Shown here piece by piece: positions 18,816 through 29,611 of a DNA stretch of 64,000 nucleotides (position 1 is its first letter; each line of letters opens with the position of its first letter). Source of the stretch: a virus. The notes beneath the pieces are model-generated. The model made no database searches and was not told where the DNA came from. It worked only from the letters and a program-made list of their open reading frames with translations. A program made the translations under genes and the position numbers. The stretch lies in the IMG/VR virus record IMGVR_UViG_3300044941_000276, positions 41,642 to 105,641 of that record, one strand, 5' to 3'.

Positions 18816-19562
18816 TTATGTAGGTTGAGTTGGTGGTATTGTAGGTTGGACGGTGGTCAAAGAAGCATGAGTTGCATATCTTTGATCCATATTTCTTTCC
18901 ATCACTCTCCTAATTACCATCTTAAGTATATGATTACAACTTATTTCATCAAATTCTAATTCTTGAGATGTGTCGGTTCCTTCTTGTTCTACCTGATCAT
19001 ATGTAAGAGCTATGCGTTCTGGGGTTTTAATGTAATCAATATTAACTTCTACCAGTTCTACGGGAGCTCCACTTCCAACTAATCCTGTGTCAGGTCCAAG
19101 AAAGACTTCACATTCGTTACCAATAATACTATATTTTGGAGCAAAAAACCTAGGGCGTAAAAAGTAATTTCTTACCAATGAAGCTTCGAGATTTGGACTT
19201 TGAAGTTGTGCTCCAAAATGAATAATGCTAGGTGATGGTGGATAACAGCGATCCCTGATTTCTTTAACTACTCTTATTCCTACAATCACATTGCTCATGT
19301 GACGATAATCATCGGGTAAAGTAAATTTAAAAGATCTTTTTAAAGAAGGTCTAAACTCTTCTATTTTTTTATATCGTTTTACCGACTTTATAGTATCAAG
19401 AATTTTTTGATCCTGTTCTACTCTAAATGTCAATACTTGATTGTCAATCCATTCGTTTATAACTTGATTGACATAATGATTAAATTCTCTAAGGTGAAAG
19501 TGAGGTGATTCTTCTTTAATTACCTCAATTAACACACCTTCAAATAGTTCTCTTGCTGTCAT
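18816..19562 (-). CDS. ring protein (crAss gene-74-like)
   Basis: MTARE.FE.VLIE..KE.SP...L.EFN; LP.DY.H; NYF.RP; IDYIK.P..I.LT..Q....D.SQ.LEF. Confidence 0.75.
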   Translation of the reverse strand: MTARELFEGVLIEVIKEESPHFHLREFNHYVNQVINEWIDNQVLTFRVEQDQKILDTIKSVKRYKKIEEFRPSLKRSFKFTLPDDYRHMSNVIVGIRVVKEIRDRCYPPSPSIIHFGAQLQSPNLEASLVRNYFLRPRFFAPKYSIIGNECEVFLGPDTGLVGSGAPVELVEVNIDYIKTPERIALTYDQVEQEGTDTSQELEFDEISCNHILKMVIRRVMERNMDQRYATHASLTTVQPTIPPTQPT

Positions 19563-20371
19563 CGTTTATTTAATTCTTCATTAAGCATGTAAAGAAGGTC
19601 TTTATCTGCCTCATTAGCGTTTTCTCGAGAAGCTGTATCTAAGAATGTAATGAAGGCTTCTCTGCTAGGGAAAGATTTATCTTTAAATTTAATTTCACCT
19701 GTTTTGCTAACAACTTTAATTACACCTTTCTCTATTAACCTAGAGGCTAGATCTTTGAAATCTGCGTTTTTATCTGCCAATACATCTAGTATCGCTTTGG
19801 AATTACTAGTTGCAACTTCATAAAGCATTATGCGAATATCTCCTGGGTCTTTATCAGCTACATTAAGTCCTAACAATCGAGCGTATTTAGCAAGATATGC
19901 TTCTGGTAAACTAGCAACCGCATCCATAGCAGCACGATATGTTTCAAATTTAGTAAGCTGTGTTTTTTGAGCTGTTGTTTTATCATATATAAAATATTTT
20001 TTGTTAGGATCACTCTGTCCCTCTTCGTAAGATAATGCTAATTCGTCTGTTTCAACTAACCATTTTAAAATTAATCTGTTAGATTCATCGCTCAAATCCA
20101 TTCTAGAACCATGACTTATTGTATATCTACTAAGAGTGTTATTTTCATCAAATGGATCTACAAAAGGTTTTCCTGATTCTTTATATTCTCTGCTAACGCG
20201 ATCTACGCCTAAAAACCATCCTGATTTATCAGGCACAGGACACGCGCTCCAACCTTTATCTCCACGACGAGTGTGTCCATAATAAGAGTGAAATTCAATT
20301 TCACCCGATTTCATTTTCAATAATTGTTCTTTTAACGCTTTTCTTACACTTTCCATATTAATATATTTCAT
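19559..20371 (-). CDS. conserved protein downstream of MCP (crAss gene-75-like)
   Basis: Synteny; ARLLG motif. Confidence 0.6.
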   Translation of the reverse strand: MKYINMESVRKALKEQLLKMKSGEIEFHSYYGHTRRGDKGWSACPVPDKSGWFLGVDRVSREYKESGKPFVDPFDENNTLSRYTISHGSRMDLSDESNRLILKWLVETDELALSYEEGQSDPNKKYFIYDKTTAQKTQLTKFETYRAAMDAVASLPEAYLAKYARLLGLNVADKDPGDIRIMLYEVATSNSKAILDVLADKNADFKDLASRLIEKGVIKVVSKTGEIKFKDKSFPSREAFITFLDTASRENANEADKDLLYMLNEELNKR

Positions 20372-20414
20372 TATTTAAACTATTTCCCATTTAAATTATT
20401 TCCCTAATTAAAGG

Positions 20415-20437
20415 GAGGGAGAGATCCTCTCTCCCTC
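20415..20437 (-). terminator. hairpin after MCP (terminator or stabiliser)
   Basis: GAGGGAGAG-ATCCT-CTCTCCCTC; weak U-tract. Confidence 0.5.
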
Positions 20438-20451
20438 TTATTTTGTTTTAA

Positions 20452-21957
20452 TTATCGAGCTACGTTCTCTACCATGATAGTAGCAGCATATGGGTTCATT
20501 ACGCGTATACCGCGCCATCCTACCACTTCATAGCGAGATGCGTCCAAAGCTGTAGCTACAGGTCCATTGCTGCCGCCTGTTGCACCACCCATACCATAGA
20601 TATAGTTGGCTACAAGACTACGACTCTTCAAAGTCATCAAGCTAATAGCTGGAGTAGTACCACTATCAGTTTCATATATACCAGTATCAATAAAGATAGC
20701 GTATCCACGATCTTGATAGTAGTTGGTCAAGGCTTCATCGACTACAAATGTAATAGTGTTGCCTTCATATATATAAGAATTAAACGTTGCGCCTACTGTA
20801 ACTTCATTAGCCATTACTCTATTTGTCTTCTTGGCTTTAGTTATAGGATCGGTCATATTTAGACGATCTTTTGTAAAGAACCATGCACCGTAAGGGTTAA
20901 TGTTAAACACTTCTTGTTGCAAAGCGCGAGCTTTTTGACGAGAGAATCTACGATTACACAATACAGTGATATGGTTTCCAGTTGACATACCGCGACGTTC
21001 AGCTACGTTTTCAACAGCATCTTGGAACTGCTTAACTGTTAACGTATTATTGGTATAGTTAATATAGTGAGCATAACGCTCATATTGAGCAATAAGACCA
21101 TCGCCAGCAATTACATCTTGCATGTTTTCTGTTTGCAACATGCTACGACCATTTTCTTCGTTCATTGCGCTACGACCGAAAATAAGGGCCGCGTTAGCGC
21201 TACGAGTAAAATGTTCCATTACTTGTTGCTCAATAGAATTGAGAGAGTAGATGCGGTATTGACCACCATTAGCTCTCTCTGCTTTTTTCAAATCAGCCTC
21301 AGTCATGAAGAACTTATCTGACAACACGCGCAAATCAGAGCTATATTGTTGACCGGCTCTGATTTTCATCAGCCAGTTAATATGCTCTTCCATATTGTAC
21401 CATTGTTTGTTGGTACCATACTCAGAAAGTTCAGGTTGCAAGTTATATACATAACGAGCAGTTGAGTTGATTTGAGTAAACGCTGTGTTAAGACGTTCAG
21501 TTGGCTTGTTAGTTACTAATTTACACTCATACAAATATTCATTTCCTGAAATTCGTTGAGGTTCACTAATTACATACAACAACTGAGTGTTTTGCAACGC
21601 AAACACATCATATTTGCTGAAGAAACGGTCATCGAGATAAATGTTAAGAATCTCTCCGTTTGTTCCACTTTGAGTGCATGGACGTTTAAAACGCAGTGTT
21701 GGAATTTGACTAGTGTCAATGCGCCACTTGAAAGAGTAGCTATCGATTTCTGAAAGACGAGTAAAAGATTTTTCATCTTCCATATAAATGTTACCTACTA
21801 ACTCGGTGATAGTCAAAAGACCTAAGTCCTTTTGCTTGCTAAGACGCACGTAACCAGGAATCAATGCGGGTTGTTGACCCATAAGATTCATGAAACGTTC
21901 TACCGTATAGTCAGTGTTTGAAAATTTAGCAATTGTTTCTTTTTGTACTAAACGCAT
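20452..21957 (-). CDS. major capsid protein (crAss-like HK97 fold)
   Basis: 501 aa; F.W.I...IP; YF.KYD.F; PELSE.G..K; AGDGLIAQ.ER; VGATF.SY...GN.ITFVVD.AL; G..V.NPY. Confidence 0.9.
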   Translation of the reverse strand: MRLVQKETIAKFSNTDYTVERFMNLMGQQPALIPGYVRLSKQKDLGLLTITELVGNIYMEDEKSFTRLSEIDSYSFKWRIDTSQIPTLRFKRPCTQSGTNGEILNIYLDDRFFSKYDVFALQNTQLLYVISEPQRISGNEYLYECKLVTNKPTERLNTAFTQINSTARYVYNLQPELSEYGTNKQWYNMEEHINWLMKIRAGQQYSSDLRVLSDKFFMTEADLKKAERANGGQYRIYSLNSIEQQVMEHFTRSANAALIFGRSAMNEENGRSMLQTENMQDVIAGDGLIAQYERYAHYINYTNNTLTVKQFQDAVENVAERRGMSTGNHITVLCNRRFSRQKARALQQEVFNINPYGAWFFTKDRLNMTDPITKAKKTNRVMANEVTVGATFNSYIYEGNTITFVVDEALTNYYQDRGYAIFIDTGIYETDSGTTPAISLMTLKSRSLVANYIYGMGGATGGSNGPVATALDASRYEVVGWRGIRVMNPYAATIMVENVAR

Positions 21958-22003
21958 GGTTAATTTAATTAAATTTTAAATATTATTTCTCCTATTATTT
22001 TTT

Positions 22004-23017
22004 CTAAATATCTACTCCGAAAAAGAAATCGGATACATCTTCTACTTCTTCATCTAATTTACTATTATATCGCTGTTTGCTATTATAATTGTTTTTATCA
22101 TCTACAACAACTCTTTTCTTTTTTAATTCTGCAATTTCGTCAGTTAACTTATTTACATATCCAGCGATTTTAGGTAATATTGCATAAGCTGTAGCTATTT
22201 CGAGTAATCCTTCTCTTGTATCGAGTAGATCTATTAATTCTGATCTGCCATTGTTGCTAAATATAAGTTGCCTTACATTATTTTTTACATCATCATCTAC
22301 AATAAAATTATGGATGTGACTTATATTATCTATGAGCTCATCAACTACTTGATATTCTTCTCTAATTTTAGACATTTTGAGCTCATTAACTTCGTCTTCT
22401 TCCTCCCTAATTTTACGTTCAATCATATCAGATAACTCTCTTCTAGCCTGATTGAGTTTATATTCATAATTAGGAGACTCTTTTAATAATTCTATCTCCA
22501 TTGCTATTTGAGATTCATCAAAATCAGGATACATATCGGACAATTTCCAAAAAAGTACCTCATCATCGGTATATTCCTCATCGTATTCTCCAACATATCC
22601 TAAAAGTTTTTCAATAGTTTCAGTATCTCCAGAACGATAAGCGTTTATAAGATCTATTTCAAATGAATCAAGATCATCTTCGGAATCATAATCTTCAAAA
22701 TTATCGTTAGCTTCACTATATCTTAATACGTCTAGCAATTGTTTATTATTAAGATCTGATAACGGTATTTGAATAGGATCTTCATCTGTTCCACTGATAA
22801 TATACTCACTTCCTATTTTAGATCTTACATAACCAAGTAAGTTAGAATCGGGACCCATACCACCATAGGATTCTCTTGCTTTTCGATCTAATCTTTCTAT
22901 TGGATCTTCCTTAATAATGTTAAAAAAAGGATCAAGTTGATTATTGTTATCTACACTTATAGGTTCTTGATTAACATTTACAAGAACTTCATCATCATAA
23001 TTATCAAAATTTGTCAT
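22004..23017 (-). CDS. acidic scaffold-like protein (crAss gene-77-like)
   Basis: Very acidic, immediately upstream of MCP. Confidence 0.6.
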   Translation of the reverse strand: MTNFDNYDDEVLVNVNQEPISVDNNNQLDPFFNIIKEDPIERLDRKARESYGGMGPDSNLLGYVRSKIGSEYIISGTDEDPIQIPLSDLNNKQLLDVLRYSEANDNFEDYDSEDDLDSFEIDLINAYRSGDTETIEKLLGYVGEYDEEYTDDEVLFWKLSDMYPDFDESQIAMEIELLKESPNYEYKLNQARRELSDMIERKIREEEDEVNELKMSKIREEYQVVDELIDNISHIHNFIVDDDVKNNVRQLIFSNNGRSELIDLLDTREGLLEIATAYAILPKIAGYVNKLTDEIAELKKKRVVVDDKNNYNSKQRYNSKLDEEVEDVSDFFFGVDI

Positions 23018-23035
23018 AACGCTCGTTATATTTTA

Positions 23036-24208
23036 TCATAAACTAATTGTAATTGTATTTCCACTCATATTGGTTGTTATATCATCGCAATCTAGTGCTC
23101 TAATTCCTTCTATATATATAGTATAATCTCTATCTATGCAAGGTATTGTATAAACACCGCCTATATTTTTATTATTAAAAACTTGATTCCAAGTAACGTC
23201 GGATAAACCAGATTGTCCGTTCACTAAAAATTCTGTAATTTCATGTATATTATTTATACCTTGCCAAGCTATGTTTATTTGAGAACAATAAGTTCCAACT
23301 TGATTTATTCCTACTTGAAACTGTCCTAATATTTGAATATTTCCTGTAACATTTGGTCCTAGTTCTATTATAACAAGATACGGTAAGGTAGATACTGTTC
23401 TATTAATAGTAAATGAACCAGCACAATTTGAAACAGTCATTGTTATATTGTAACTAGTGTTTAAATTTAGTCCCGTAAAAGTAACAGTTCCTGTTGGTTC
23501 TACCAAATTTATAGTTTGACTACCCAATGTTATAGTACCAGTAGCTTGAGGATTTTGTAAAACGTAAGACAAAGTAATACTAGATGTAGTTACAGCAATC
23601 ACATCTAAAAAAGGAGGATTAACTGATGAATATTGACAACAATCAGGAGAATCGAGTTGAACTATTCTAGTATTAAATAAATTGGTGGCCCAAGGATCAG
23701 GTATACCCAAAGCTATTATATCAGCAATAGTTGCATTATAAGGTATATTTATTATAGATTCTACACCATCAATAACAGATCTAACTTTATATCTTATAAC
23801 ATCTCCTTGATAACAAGTATCAATATTGTACCATTGATAAGAAGTTGTTCCACATGTGGGTATAGAATTTTCAAATAAAGCAATCAATTCTCTAGATCGA
23901 GGGTTACTGCATATCAAAGGACAATCAATTAAAAACTTTGTCTTAGATTTTTCTATTTCTTCTTGTGTAAGACAAGATTTACCACAAACAAGCAAATGAT
24001 TATCAATATATTCTAACCACTCGACTAGTCTATAAAGTTCATAAAAATAATTATTAATAAGAGTTCTTAAATCTTTTTGATGATCTCCATATCGTTCATA
24101 GTGAACTATATCGTCGAAATAACTTAACATATAGGGTTCAAGTATACGATAGCCCTTTTCTATTAAGTTATTATATCGACTATGGTAAGGATAAGTATTA
24201 CACATCAA
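23036..24208 (-). CDS. structural protein with fibronectin type III-like domain
   Basis: VTTSSITLSY...TFTGLNLNTSYNITMTVSN.AG. Confidence 0.6.
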   Translation of the reverse strand: MMCNTYPYHSRYNNLIEKGYRILEPYMLSYFDDIVHYERYGDHQKDLRTLINNYFYELYRLVEWLEYIDNHLLVCGKSCLTQEEIEKSKTKFLIDCPLICSNPRSRELIALFENSIPTCGTTSYQWYNIDTCYQGDVIRYKVRSVIDGVESIINIPYNATIADIIALGIPDPWATNLFNTRIVQLDSPDCCQYSSVNPPFLDVIAVTTSSITLSYVLQNPQATGTITLGSQTINLVEPTGTVTFTGLNLNTSYNITMTVSNCAGSFTINRTVSTLPYLVIIELGPNVTGNIQILGQFQVGINQVGTYCSQINIAWQGINNIHEITEFLVNGQSGLSDVTWNQVFNNKNIGGVYTIPCIDRDYTIYIEGIRALDCDDITTNMSGNTITISL

Positions 24209-26037
24209 TTTAACGTTTTAGTTACTATAGTACCTACTGTAAAAGTACCTATTAATCTCCTGAACGCAAAGTCAGAGTTACCAAATATACGAGTAGATGT
24301 ATTATTTTTCACTTGTAATTGAGAACCCGATATACGACCTTGTAAATTAAAAGTGCCTTCTTGACTAACCAATGTAAAGTTTTGCCAGTTGGTTGTAAAC
24401 CCAAAACCTGAAAAAGAATTAGGATTGGGATTATACCCTGGTACATTATAAGGTGAAGGCGATATTCTCATATTCACTGTTGTTACTGATACAGTACCTC
24501 CTGAATATCTATTAAAGACACCTCCTGATATAGGAGGGCTGCTTGGAGACTTAGCGTTAAATTGAAATCCCGATAGAAGTAAATTTGTTGTTGGCGAAGG
24601 CCAAGTACTTTGTCCTCCTGATAATAGAGTGATTGTATAATCGGCACCAAATATAGGATTTAATTCTTGAGTGATGTATTGATTTAACGCTGCTTCTATT
24701 CCAGCAGTTGTAGTGGATGATAATTTAATATATACCTCGGTTGCAGGATCAAATGATCGAGGTGGTGTGGCTTCACTAGGAGAATTAACCGTGCCTATAG
24801 ATAATCTTCTTGGAGATACAAGTTGTCCTCTGTAGTTTGCAGTTAAAGCTATATGGGTAGCATAATTGATATTTGCTCCAGGAGAAGTTGCTGATATATT
24901 GCTAGTCGTATAATACACCTCTCTTTCTTCTGTAACGGTGACTTGATTCATTTCTACATTAGGTCCATTATCTACAACACAAGTAGAACCTTGTTGTATA
25001 TAACCTTGTGGACAAGATGATACACAAGTACCTGAGAAACAGAATAATCCAGAACAACAAACGCCTGATGTACAGCTACCACCTTGACCAATACATGGAT
25101 TTTCTGTACATTGTCCATTTCTACAAGTACGATTATTACCACAAGGTAATCCTTCTCTTATATTAACAGTGGTTGTTTCTGTAGAATCTACACATTGTCC
25201 TCCAACACATATCTGTCTAACCGACGATTGTATACAATCGTTAGGTTGTGGAGGGATCAATCTTTCTCTACATTCTGGATTACATGGTCGATCAATACAT
25301 ATACCGTTTTGACAAATCTGTCCCGATGGGCAAGATTTAGGTTGACATCTTCCATTTCTACATTCGGTACAAGGATCTTGACAAGAACCGTTAGGACAAT
25401 CGAGAGAACAAGGTGCGTTTTGACAATTTATTTTACATGAACCATTTACGCAGTTATAACCGGCTGGACATGAACCTTGAGGACAAGATGGACTACATGT
25501 CGTACAAGGTTGAACACATTTATTTCCATCGCAATTACCAGTACATACAAAATACGGTTCACTTGTATCAACACATTGACCGTTTACACAACGAGTATTT
25601 CTTCTAAATTCTCCACAAATGACTGTACTGACAACTCTATAGTCGGTACATCCAACACAAGACTGAGATGTACATGTACCAAGTTGATTAGCTGTAGCTT
25701 GAGCTATACGACGAAATTCTTCTTCTGCTTGTCTATTGGCATCCTCTTGAGATATCGACGATCTATATCTTCCAGCAGGAATATTAACTGTAACAAGCGA
25801 TCCTACTGCTGGAAAAACACATTCCTTTCTTACTTGTCTTGATATCGCTACGTTAAAATAAGTATTGCAACTTTCATCAGGTACAATGCGAGTATTTAAT
25901 AAATTTATAGCGTCTTCTAAACTTATATCGGGTATAAGTAAGGTTAATTCATAAGGTGTTATGTTTACAGGAACACTGTAAGTAGCTTTAGGTTTTCCAC
26001 AACATCCCCCCCATTCTATTGTTGTATATCTTATCAT
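24205..26037 (-). CDS. Cys-rich virion-associated protein with DUF5977-like domain
   Basis: GS.VTV.IPAG.Y.S.ISQ.DAN..A; about 41 Cys in a ~230-aa central block. Confidence 0.65.
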   Translation of the reverse strand: MIRYTTIEWGGCCGKPKATYSVPVNITPYELTLLIPDISLEDAINLLNTRIVPDESCNTYFNVAISRQVRKECVFPAVGSLVTVNIPAGRYRSSISQEDANRQAEEEFRRIAQATANQLGTCTSQSCVGCTDYRVVSTVICGEFRRNTRCVNGQCVDTSEPYFVCTGNCDGNKCVQPCTTCSPSCPQGSCPAGYNCVNGSCKINCQNAPCSLDCPNGSCQDPCTECRNGRCQPKSCPSGQICQNGICIDRPCNPECRERLIPPQPNDCIQSSVRQICVGGQCVDSTETTTVNIREGLPCGNNRTCRNGQCTENPCIGQGGSCTSGVCCSGLFCFSGTCVSSCPQGYIQQGSTCVVDNGPNVEMNQVTVTEEREVYYTTSNISATSPGANINYATHIALTANYRGQLVSPRRLSIGTVNSPSEATPPRSFDPATEVYIKLSSTTTAGIEAALNQYITQELNPIFGADYTITLLSGGQSTWPSPTTNLLLSGFQFNAKSPSSPPISGGVFNRYSGGTVSVTTVNMRISPSPYNVPGYNPNPNSFSGFGFTTNWQNFTLVSQEGTFNLQGRISGSQLQVKNNTSTRIFGNSDFAFRRLIGTFTVGTIVTKTLN

Positions 26038-28184
26038 ATGCAAGTACCGTTTGACCAATTAAAACATTTAGGACAATTTAGTCTACATACATCGCAATAT
26101 TTTAATAAAGCCTCTTTTAATTTATCCCACTCTGCAAAATCATCAAGCTGATTAGTGATGTCAATTGCAGTATATCTATAATTTGCACGTATGTTATAAT
26201 ATTCTAATTTATTTAAAAACAATTGATATATAGGTTGTATAGTAGCTAATCGACCATTCATCAGCTCTCTGTCATCACAACAACCACTGGTGGTGGTTTT
26301 ACACAATTGCTCTTTTAACAATTTATTGTAACACTCATTTATTTTGCAAAATATAGGAAGTATAACATTTTTATCTCCGTAAGTTATTATATAAATATTA
26401 TCTTCTTTAAATCGATGAGTTTGTTTGCTTAATGGATTTATAGTATAAGTTTGAATCGTTTGATTTGTTTTTGATAATTTTATATTAACTGTTTGAGGTG
26501 TAGTACAATTATTTATTATTTCATATACATCACATTCGCTACATTTTTCTATGCTTTTACACACAGGCCTTACTTGTAAACATTCACATATATCAAATTC
26601 TACTGTTTTTTCTACTGTATCACAACAGTTAGATAACTGAGCTACAACTTTATAAGGAGATAATTGTGTAGGAGTAAATCTAAATACAGCACTATTTGGG
26701 TTATTTGACACTATTATTGTACTATATTCTTCTTCAGGTATCCAAGAAGAAGTATCAATATCATAACGATAAGCTTGATAAGATATAGATTGATTTGTTT
26801 CAGAGAAAGTAGCAAAATGATTGGGATCAAAGTTTTGAGGATTAAAACCGCCAGTGAGGGTCAATTGTTCACATAAATCGTTATTTACTTCTACTATGCT
26901 AGGTAATATCGTTACAGTTTCTCCAAGATTTACACAACATGGAGGTTTAGTTAATTCTAATCGAGGGATATACTCTAATACTGTTATTGTATTATATACC
27001 CAAGAAGATAGTAATATTATTCTACTTGTTCCTCCACAATTTACTACTTGTCTAGCAATAAATCTTTTTCTTATATTATATTGACCTGGACCTAATGCAC
27101 AATTACTATAAGTAAATCTATTAGTTCTAGGTATCGATGCCATACGATACCATTCACCAGATATTTCTATTTCATATTCTACTCTACCTCTATTAGCGAG
27201 AGCGGGATTAAAAATATTGGTAGAATCAACAATTTCTATAATATCACTACAAGATTTTTGAACATATGAACTTATTTCAACAGCTACTGATTCTATATCA
27301 ACGCTACTAGACATAAATTGTAGCCCTCCAGTAGAAATCAACAAACCGTTGAAGAATATTTTAGAATAATATTGATATCCAAAGTTTATAGTGTAATAAC
27401 CCTCGGGTAGATTAGATATGGTCAGGGTTTTATTTGCGCTACTATATAATCCTATAACAGGAGTAATGCTTGATGAATGGTACTCAATAGTATATCCTTC
27501 CCCGTCATTTTTTAGCGTTAGTATAAAAGATTGATCTGGGAAAGTTGTAACGATTGAGTTATTAGCATAATATACACCTTCGGTAGAATCTACTGTGTAA
27601 TAGATATTACTTGATTGATATCCTCCAGGTGTAAGTATAAAGGTATCTCCGATAGCTTCCCATTCTATTGTTCCACTTGGAGCATATATTATACGACTTC
27701 TAAGAGTAACTGGCGCAGATGGTTTTACTAAAGCTGTACCAGTTACTTTAAAACTAGCATACGTTTCCCATACTCCAGGACTAACTTCTCGTTCAACTAT
27801 TACCGTCGAGTTTAATAAAATTGGATTTTGTAACCAACTAGTATTGCTTACTGAAACATCTGGGTGAGGATAGGTTTGTACACTTGTTACATCATATAAT
27901 AATATACCTTGAGTGTCAGGTAGTCGTTTGTATATTACTTTTGGAGAAACTACCTCGTAAAAATATTGCTGACTATCTGTACCAGAGGTAAGAGTAGCAG
28001 TTGCTATATAACCAGAGCTATTTATATCAGTGATCCCGTTTATTTGCAAAGAAGCGGGTTGATTTACTACTCCTGGTTGGTCAGATAAAAAATTTATAGT
28101 TCTATTAAATCCTCGCGATACTGTTATATAATTACTATTATAAAATAATCGGATATCACGAGGAGTAGTAATAAATATAGCCAT
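26034..28184 (-). CDS. large structural protein, Cys-rich C-terminus
   Basis: 716-aa beta-rich ORF inside the virion module. Confidence 0.6.
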   Translation of the reverse strand: MAIFITTPRDIRLFYNSNYITVSRGFNRTINFLSDQPGVVNQPASLQINGITDINSSGYIATATLTSGTDSQQYFYEVVSPKVIYKRLPDTQGILLYDVTSVQTYPHPDVSVSNTSWLQNPILLNSTVIVEREVSPGVWETYASFKVTGTALVKPSAPVTLRSRIIYAPSGTIEWEAIGDTFILTPGGYQSSNIYYTVDSTEGVYYANNSIVTTFPDQSFILTLKNDGEGYTIEYHSSSITPVIGLYSSANKTLTISNLPEGYYTINFGYQYYSKIFFNGLLISTGGLQFMSSSVDIESVAVEISSYVQKSCSDIIEIVDSTNIFNPALANRGRVEYEIEISGEWYRMASIPRTNRFTYSNCALGPGQYNIRKRFIARQVVNCGGTSRIILLSSWVYNTITVLEYIPRLELTKPPCCVNLGETVTILPSIVEVNNDLCEQLTLTGGFNPQNFDPNHFATFSETNQSISYQAYRYDIDTSSWIPEEEYSTIIVSNNPNSAVFRFTPTQLSPYKVVAQLSNCCDTVEKTVEFDICECLQVRPVCKSIEKCSECDVYEIINNCTTPQTVNIKLSKTNQTIQTYTINPLSKQTHRFKEDNIYIITYGDKNVILPIFCKINECYNKLLKEQLCKTTTSGCCDDRELMNGRLATIQPIYQLFLNKLEYYNIRANYRYTAIDITNQLDDFAEWDKLKEALLKYCDVCRLNCPKCFNWSNGTCI

Positions 28185-29602
28185 TATATAGACGTTGTTA
28201 ATTTAGTTGCCAATTCATTCACTCTATCTTGAAGGTTTTTAACTACACGTATCAAAGTATCAAGTTCGTTTTTATTAGCAAACCCCCAAGGAGACGTATT
28301 AGTTGTATCGGTGATAACAAAATCATTTGTACCAGTTAAAGCTGTAACAGTAATTGTGGTTAGAGCAGTGTTAACCATCGGACTAGTTGAAATAGCACTT
28401 AATTTGTTATCGTTAGCTACTGTAAATACACGATTATTAGTACCGTTAACATGATTGTCCACATTACGAGCAGCTACCAATTCAGTATTAATCTTACTTG
28501 CTGACCACAAATGGGTGATAGAAGTAGAAGAATCGTTAATCTGTCTATGAATAGTAGAGTCGGCAATGTGCGCATCTATCTGAGTATGGTTATTTATCCC
28601 TGCACCTGATAAACTTTGATGGGGTATATTTTCTGGTGATACTTGTATCGCAACATGATCAGGTTGATCTGAAACACTCAATGTTGTATTACCAGCTCTA
28701 ATTCTTTTAAATTGTAAATCTACACCTGATTTACCTGCAAAAATAATAGCACCTGTTCCAGCTAAATTACTACCAGTGTTAACTTCACCAATATCGGCAG
28801 ACCATTCCAATCCACTCAAAGTAGAACTATTAGCTTTAAGTACTTGACCATTAGATCCTGGCGTTAAAGATACATAGTTCACACCATCGTGTACGAGAAT
28901 ATGACCTTTTGCTGGTGTTAGTGATGCAGCTGAAACTACTTGATTAATTGTAGTACTGTGCGGGTTAATTGTAGATGCTATATGGGCATCTATTTGAGCG
29001 TGGGTGTTAGATCCCCTATTATTAATAAAATTGTGGTCTATGTCTGCTTGTGTAAAGTGAATAGAATTATTTGCTATATGTGTGTCTATTTGAGCATGAG
29101 TATTGGTACCGCGATTAATTATATTGTTGTGGTCAATTTGACTTTGAGTAAAGTGGATATTATTATTATCCAAGTGTACTCTAATCGCAGATACCTGAGT
29201 TTCATTAGGCGACCCTTGAGCTATCACTTGAACTTGAGAAGGGTTAGGTAAATTATCAATCAAGTTTTTCAACAATTGACCTTGAGCAGCAGACAATGGG
29301 CTATCAACCGAATTGGATAAAAGATTGTTTACCACATTGGCTCGTTTAAGTATAGTAGGATCGGCGTTTTCTTTTCCAGCAATTGCTGCAGACAATCCGC
29401 TAATCGATGCGATAGACAAACCATCGATTTTATTATAACTACTATCAACAAGATTTTGTATAACACTTTGTAATACTGTAAATATCTCGTTAACAGTACT
29501 TGGTATAATTAACGGAGAAGTATTATCCATCTTAGTATCAAGCTCGTTAGCTTTCCATGTACTAAGTTGGGTTGATATTTGAGACGAACTAAGTATAGCC
29601 AT
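28184..29602 (-). CDS. fibre protein (head or tail) with His-containing repeats
   Basis: VVNNL.S.S...PLSA.QG..LK fibre motif; repeated H.....IHFTQ..IDHN.I.NRG.NTHAQID.H; C-terminal coiled coil. Confidence 0.7.
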   Translation of the reverse strand: MAILSSSQISTQLSTWKANELDTKMDNTSPLIIPSTVNEIFTVLQSVIQNLVDSSYNKIDGLSIASISGLSAAIAGKENADPTILKRANVVNNLLSNSVDSPLSAAQGQLLKNLIDNLPNPSQVQVIAQGSPNETQVSAIRVHLDNNNIHFTQSQIDHNNIINRGTNTHAQIDTHIANNSIHFTQADIDHNFINNRGSNTHAQIDAHIASTINPHSTTINQVVSAASLTPAKGHILVHDGVNYVSLTPGSNGQVLKANSSTLSGLEWSADIGEVNTGSNLAGTGAIIFAGKSGVDLQFKRIRAGNTTLSVSDQPDHVAIQVSPENIPHQSLSGAGINNHTQIDAHIADSTIHRQINDSSTSITHLWSASKINTELVAARNVDNHVNGTNNRVFTVANDNKLSAISTSPMVNTALTTITVTALTGTNDFVITDTTNTSPWGFANKNELDTLIRVVKNLQDRVNELATKLTTSI

Positions 29603-29611
29603 ATATTAATA

